Source of the DNA: an uncultured Gammaproteobacteria bacterium
GTDB lineage: Bacteria > Patescibacteriota > Microgenomatia > UBA10105 > UBA927
Direction of reading: 5' to 3'
Assembly: GCA_964629685.1 (NCBI GenBank)
Contig: CAZVTT010000002.1
Location: 120,039-184,038 of the forward strand
Length of the DNA: 64,000 nucleotides
The position numbers and the translations under genes are program-made. Of this stretch, positions 59,789 to 64,000 are shown piece by piece. The notes under the pieces were generated by a model. The model saw nothing but the letters and a program-made list of their open reading frames with translations, searched no databases and was not told where the DNA came from. Within the stretch, counting starts at the first letter, position 1. Each line of letters opens with the position of its first letter.

Positions 59789-62062
59789 TTATGAGGCAGT
59801 GGACAGCAGTCGTCGTTTGATTCGCAGAATTGCAAATCTGACAGCGACCAGAAGTATACCACAGGGGATTGCCAGAATCAACCAAGCCAGGTTTATCTGT
59901 ACTACCCGTTTGCCGGCTACAGTGGGTTCCGGCGTGATTACGGCGTTACTCGTGGTATCACCTGTGGTGAAAGCAGCTACTTCACCTTCTGTCTGACTTG
60001 TTTTAGTCGAACCAGCTACTGTTTTACCGGTACCTCCTACCTTGACCGATTTGGGTGTCGGGGTAGGTGTAATACCCACTTTTGTTGTGGCAGTGGTTTC
60101 GTTTGACGAACTGTTGGGTGTGGGTGTCGGTGTAGGCGTATTTGTCGCTTGTACCTGAACGTTTGTTCCACTGATTGCCTGTGTGTTTTCCGGTGCAGCT
60201 GCGACTGATTTGGTTTCTTTATGAGCTCCCGGCGTCACGAAGTCTCCCAGCCAGCTGCCGAACACGTTTACTACGGTTACTACCAGTTTCCCGTTCCCGA
60301 CAATATTATTGTTTACGAAGTTCACCATGTTGGCAATGATGTTGGCGTCGCCCGTTTTAATGGATGAATTGCCGCCCGTGTTATTGCTGCTGTCATTTCC
60401 GCCTGAATTGGCCGACAAATCAAGGTTGTTTACTATATTAGCGGTGTTCGTTTGTACGGTAGTGTTTGAATTTGTATTCGTGACCGAACCGGTATTGGTG
60501 GAATTTGAGCCGTTTCCGTTATTTGAAGCGGTAATTTCACCTGCGGGAGATACATTAAACTCGGTTCCGGCTGAACCAGCCAGATTGTCTGCGCCTGATT
60601 CTCCGCCGATGATCCGCCCGACCCAGTTTCCGGCTTCATTTACCAACACTAACCACCAGTTTCCGCCGTCGACGTTGTTATTGGCAACGTTTAGTACGTT
60701 GGCATCAATTGTGGTATTGCCGGTGTCTATTTTAGTGTCCCCTCCGGTATTTCCTCCGGCCGTGTTATTCCCGGTTTGGGTGTCTAATGTCAGGACATTT
60801 TCGATAGTTGCATCGTTGTATTGAAAGGTAGAGTCGCTGTTAGATGTGCTTACGGCTGCGTTATTTTCTGATCCGGATCCGTTTCCGGTATTGGCGACTC
60901 CGGTTGATCCGGTTCCGCAGCAGGAATTTGCTAACAGTTCTTCAGGAAACAGGATGTCTCCTACCAGGTCGCCGTAAATATTTACGACTCCATAGAGTAC
61001 ATTCCCCGCAATGTTGTTGTTGGCGAAGGTTAACACGTTTGCGGATACATTGGCGTCTCCGGTTTTTATAGTTGAATCCCCACCGGTATTTCCGCTGGCT
61101 GAGTTATCTCCGGAATTTGAATCCAGTACTAATGTATTCCCGATCGTAGCGTCATTGTTTTGGAAAGTGGCTTTATCCGAACTGGTATCTATGTTTGCCG
61201 TATTATCCGAACCTGTGCCGTTTTTTTGATTTGTCGCTTCTAGAGATCCATTGTCGCATCCCGTGAGACAACCTGCTCCGAAATCAAGCACAATGTCACC
61301 GGTGTGATCGTCATTAACGTTAAATTCAGAAACCATTACGCCGTCTACGTTTGTATTGACTGCAGTAATAATTGTACCCGATGTGTTGGCGTCTCCGGTG
61401 GAAATGGCAGAAGAACCTACATTGTTATCCGCATTATTTTTTCCGGTGGTAGTGTTTTGTTCTAGGTCATTGTTTACACTGGCAGAGTTATCCTGAACGG
61501 TTGTTGATGAATCGCTGATTTGTGCTGAACTATCGTTGTCTGAATTTGATCCGTTTCCGGTATTGGAAACACCGATACTTCCGTCTTCTCCTCCGACGGG
61601 AACTACTGCGCTATTGTTGTTTCCGGTAGTAATAATGGCGGCATCGTTTGTGGCGTCTCCGGTTTTAATTTCGGTATCTCCGGTCGTACCGCTTTGTGTC
61701 TGCCCGTCAGTTGTTGCCGTTTGAGTCTGTTCCGGTGTCGGAGTAGTCGTAGGCGACGGTGTGGACGTTGTGTTTTGTTGTGTGCTGGGTGTTTCCGGCG
61801 CTTCGGTCGGTCGCGGTCTTCTGGTTGGAGTTGGTGATGGTTCATTTGCAGGCGTCGGTTCTGTTGTGGGTTCTGCCGGATGGGACGGTGATGAAGGTAC
61901 TTCCGGTGTCGATGGAGCTGTCGGAGCTGTCGGCGCATCCGGAGTAGTCGGAACAACAGGGACATCAGGTACGTCAATAGCACCTACTATGCTGACATTT
62001 TGGCTGAGTAACAGTACGACTATTACGAAGCTCGCCAGTAATTTTTTGAATGATTGTTTCAT
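59789..62062 (-). CDS. Large cell-surface repeat protein (family A, ~5 units) with mucin-like Pro/Thr linkers and C-terminal sorting signal
   Basis: Signal peptide and a PT-rich N-terminal linker (PTAPTAPSTP…). Repeated NTGNGSxSxN…TGxNxAxGNTGGDxxIKTGDANxxANVL…NNNI units. Cys pairs (GCLTGCD, SCCGT). C-terminus TPEPTVAGKR then TM then RIKRR. Start set at ATG 62062; the listed start is a TTG. Confidence 0.7.
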   Translation of the reverse strand: MKQSFKKLLASFVIVVLLLSQNVSIVGAIDVPDVPVVPTTPDAPTAPTAPSTPEVPSSPSHPAEPTTEPTPANEPSPTPTRRPRPTEAPETPSTQQNTTSTPSPTTTPTPEQTQTATTDGQTQSGTTGDTEIKTGDATNDAAIITTGNNNSAVVPVGGEDGSIGVSNTGNGSNSDNDSSAQISDSSTTVQDNSASVNNDLEQNTTTGKNNADNNVGSSAISTGDANTSGTIITAVNTNVDGVMVSEFNVNDDHTGDIVLDFGAGCLTGCDNGSLEATNQKNGTGSDNTANIDTSSDKATFQNNDATIGNTLVLDSNSGDNSASGNTGGDSTIKTGDANVSANVLTFANNNIAGNVLYGVVNIYGDLVGDILFPEELLANSCCGTGSTGVANTGNGSGSENNAAVSTSNSDSTFQYNDATIENVLTLDTQTGNNTAGGNTGGDTKIDTGNTTIDANVLNVANNNVDGGNWWLVLVNEAGNWVGRIIGGESGADNLAGSAGTEFNVSPAGEITASNNGNGSNSTNTGSVTNTNSNTTVQTNTANIVNNLDLSANSGGNDSSNNTGGNSSIKTGDANIIANMVNFVNNNIVGNGKLVVTVVNVFGSWLGDFVTPGAHKETKSVAAAPENTQAISGTNVQVQATNTPTPTPTPNSSSNETTATTKVGITPTPTPKSVKVGGTGKTVAGSTKTSQTEGEVAAFTTGDTTSNAVITPEPTVAGKRVVQINLAWLILAIPCGILLVAVRFAILRIKRRLLSTAS

Positions 62063-62186
62063 AGTGTCCTGTCTCAATCCCGCACCACTATTGTGTGGGA
62101 TCGATACAAAGCCCTATATATTTATCTCTTTGTTCGTAGGGTGTCCCGCCGAAGTGAAGCGAGACTACCCTACGAACCTCTAGAGA

Positions 62187-63431
62187 TTAGTTACCTAGTA
62201 AAGCCATCAATTGACTCAAGCTCAACGAAACGTTGAAATTGAAATCAAATTCAGGTACTTCCCAGCCGCCTACGTCACCGTAGACGTTAACATTTCCGGA
62301 ATTTCCGATTTCTGTTGTGGAAGTGGCACTACCGGTATCGATGGAAGGATCTCCACCGTATACTGATCCGGTATTGTCATCTGCATCGTTTTTGCCAGTT
62401 GTGGCATCTGCGTCAGCGTCGTTGTAAAGTCTGGCTTCGTTTCCTGCGCCTTCTTTACCACCTTGGAAGACTTCAACAGCGTCGTCAAAGTAACCTTTGA
62501 TTTCGTTGTCTGAGTCGGTTCCGTTTCCGCCTACCTTTGCAGAGATATCCAGCAAGCATCCGCAGTCAACTTCGGCTGCGTTGAAATTGACCATGTTGTC
62601 GATAGTTACATCAGCGGTCGCGTCACCCGTATCTACTGATACTTCTCCACCGGTGTTGTCATCGGCTTCGTTGTATCCTGTATCTGCGCCTGCATCTACG
62701 TGATTTTTCACTGATGCAAAGTTATCCTGCACTACTGCAGTTTCGTGATCGAGATCCAATTTGATTTCATTATCGCTGTATGATCCGTTTCCGAGAATTT
62801 TGGCAGAGACTTCGCCACTCTGGTCTCCGGCACCACCACCTACTTGTGCTTTGTTAGCATTCGCGGTTGTGGATACGGTTACCGTTGTATCGGCATCTCC
62901 GGTATTGATTTCTACATCACCACCGGTATTGTCATCTGCATCATTCTTTCCGGTCTTTGCATCTGCGTCGATTTTGTTTTCGACTTTAGCTGCATTGTCT
63001 TGGAAGACGCTAGTCTTGTTGTCCTGATCAAGTTCAACTTTATTGTCGGACTTGGTTCCGTTTCCACTGATGAGAACATCAGTATCGCCGGCTTGGCAAC
63101 ATTCGACTTTAGCCTCGTTGGTGTTCAGGTTGTTGGATACGGAGACGTCTGTCTTAGCATCACCTGTGTCAACCTTTACATCTCCACCGGTATTATCACT
63201 GGCGCTGTTGTTTCCTGTATCAGCGTTTGCGCTGACTTTGTTGGTTACAACTGCGCTGTTGTTCTGAACAACTGTTGTCGTGTTGTCACGATCTAACTTG
63301 ATTTCGCTGTCAGAGTTGGATCCGTTTCCACTAACTTCGAGAGTTGTAGAAGCGGCAACCGGAGTGACCAAGTTCAAGACCAGTGATCCCGTTGCAAGGA
63401 CGGAAAGTACTTGTCGTTTGAAGTGTGTCAT
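62187..63431 (-). CDS. Secreted repeat protein (family A, 4 tandem ~85-aa units, no anchor)
   Basis: Signal peptide, then four units: GNGxxSDNxIxLDxDxxTxVxQxNxAxVxNxVxAxADTGxNxADDNTGGxVxVDTGDAxxDV. ECCQ and DCGC Cys pairs. AAGGAGGTGAAAAATAATTATG RBS context. Confidence 0.75.
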   Translation of the reverse strand: MTHFKRQVLSVLATGSLVLNLVTPVAASTTLEVSGNGSNSDSEIKLDRDNTTTVVQNNSAVVTNKVSANADTGNNSASDNTGGDVKVDTGDAKTDVSVSNNLNTNEAKVECCQAGDTDVLISGNGTKSDNKVELDQDNKTSVFQDNAAKVENKIDADAKTGKNDADDNTGGDVEINTGDADTTVTVSTTANANKAQVGGGAGDQSGEVSAKILGNGSYSDNEIKLDLDHETAVVQDNFASVKNHVDAGADTGYNEADDNTGGEVSVDTGDATADVTIDNMVNFNAAEVDCGCLLDISAKVGGNGTDSDNEIKGYFDDAVEVFQGGKEGAGNEARLYNDADADATTGKNDADDNTGSVYGGDPSIDTGSATSTTEIGNSGNVNVYGDVGGWEVPEFDFNFNVSLSLSQLMALLGN

Positions 63432-63542
63432 AATTATTTTTCACCTCCTTTCGTTAATAAGATATCCTGACCTAAGTCAGAATCACTTCTTTTCGCCGTT
63501 AACCGATTTATGGCCTGCCCTTTCGGGTACATAAATACGGAA

Positions 63543-63600
63543 AAACGGAGGCTCCTCAACCCTGACAGTATCTGTTCAAGGTGGAGAAGCCTCCGTTCGC
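63543..63600 (-). promoter_or_regulatory. Long imperfect hairpin in the 5' leader of the repeat-protein gene
   Basis: CGGAGGCTCCTCAACC…GGTGGAGAAGCCTCCG, about 15 bp of stem with a ~25-nt loop, lying 110-170 nt upstream of the ATG at 63431. Confidence 0.3.
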
Positions 63601-64000
63601 GGTCAGCTTCGATTTATATTGCGATCAACCACTAACTCAGGGAAGATCGGGGCAGAAGATGATTTGTATACGTTCTATCGACTTTGTTATGGTTAAGAAA
63701 ATATTGTTCTATTTTTATATCTTTGTCAATACCCCAACTGGTGCTATTCGGCAAATATAGTTATCGTACTTGTCCGTTTATATTTTTCCTATTTTGTCTA
63801 TCATCGCTGATGGTTTTTTTTATATTTCTGATCGTGATTTGGGTTACTGTGTTATCCTGGACGTATATTTCCACACTCCCGTACGGGCTAACGTTTTTTA
63901 AGGCTTGTGTTAGCTCTTCGAGTAATCTGGTCGATATAGTTTGCGTCGAGTATGTATTTATCATGCTTGTAGTTTCAAACTACACCGGACATTATTGAAG

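Noticed and set aside
60309-60824. 171-aa plus-strand ORF and several 60-150-aa ORFs at 60.8-63.5 kb
   Set aside because: All are antisense to or frame-shifted within the repeat-protein genes. Low-complexity DNA generates long spurious ORFs in every frame.
59200-63431. Possible CRISPR array or DNA tandem repeats in the repetitive 59-63.4 kb region
   Set aside because: The periodicity is ~255 nt and degenerate. It lies within long ORFs whose encoded protein repeats are conserved, and there are no short identical direct repeats with unique spacers. These are protein-coding repeats.

Overview
This 64-kb window is a gene-dense (~90% coding), ~45% GC bacterial chromosomal segment. Most of it is housekeeping genes. 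Two accessory-type loci stand out: a 15-kb secretin-less type IV pilus locus and a sortase-linked family of repeat proteins. I found no rRNA, tRNA, CRISPR array or transposase. All domain calls rest on motif recognition from the translated ORFs; I had no database search.

The organism looks like a streamlined, monoderm-type bacterium, possibly CPR/Patescibacteria-like (inference only). The supporting signs are the secretin-less pilus, the sortase, many ATGA start/stop overlaps and a cysteine-less bL32.

Housekeeping content:
- Replication and repair: DNA pol III delta'-like-gyrB-ppa-gyrA on the minus strand, and recG.
- Translation: the conserved thrS-infC-rpmI-rplT-pheS-pheT cluster, tyrS, and rpsP-KH-trmD with rnc, nusB and an unlisted bL32 upstream.
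- Cell envelope and metabolism: class A PBP, tgt, folD, lgt, an LCP-family protein, bcp, and a Kef-type antiporter.
- Site-specific recombination: a XerC/D-like tyrosine recombinase.

Type IV pilus locus (24.4-39.8 kb): pilB-pilT-pilC-pilin, then prepilin peptidase, six further prepilin-like genes including a PilX-like one, then pilM-pilN-pilO. Two large GT-C-type membrane glycosyltransferase-like genes (DUF2723 with TPR, and YfhO-family) sit between the major pilin and pilD.

Sortase cluster (57.8-63.4 kb): a sortase plus four paralogous secreted proteins built from an unrecognised ~85-aa Asn/Thr/Gly/Asp-rich repeat. Two of them carry C-terminal sorting signals.

Other notable items:
- PheS carries an N-terminal AlaX-like (tRNA_SAD/editing-type) domain fusion.
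- A pheM-like Phe-rich leader peptide plus terminator lies between rplT and pheS.
- A terminator-type leader sits upstream of thrS.
- A 1.25-kb non-coding AT-rich island carries iteron-like direct repeats next to the recombinase gene.
- Several unlisted small ORFs are translationally coupled to their neighbours.
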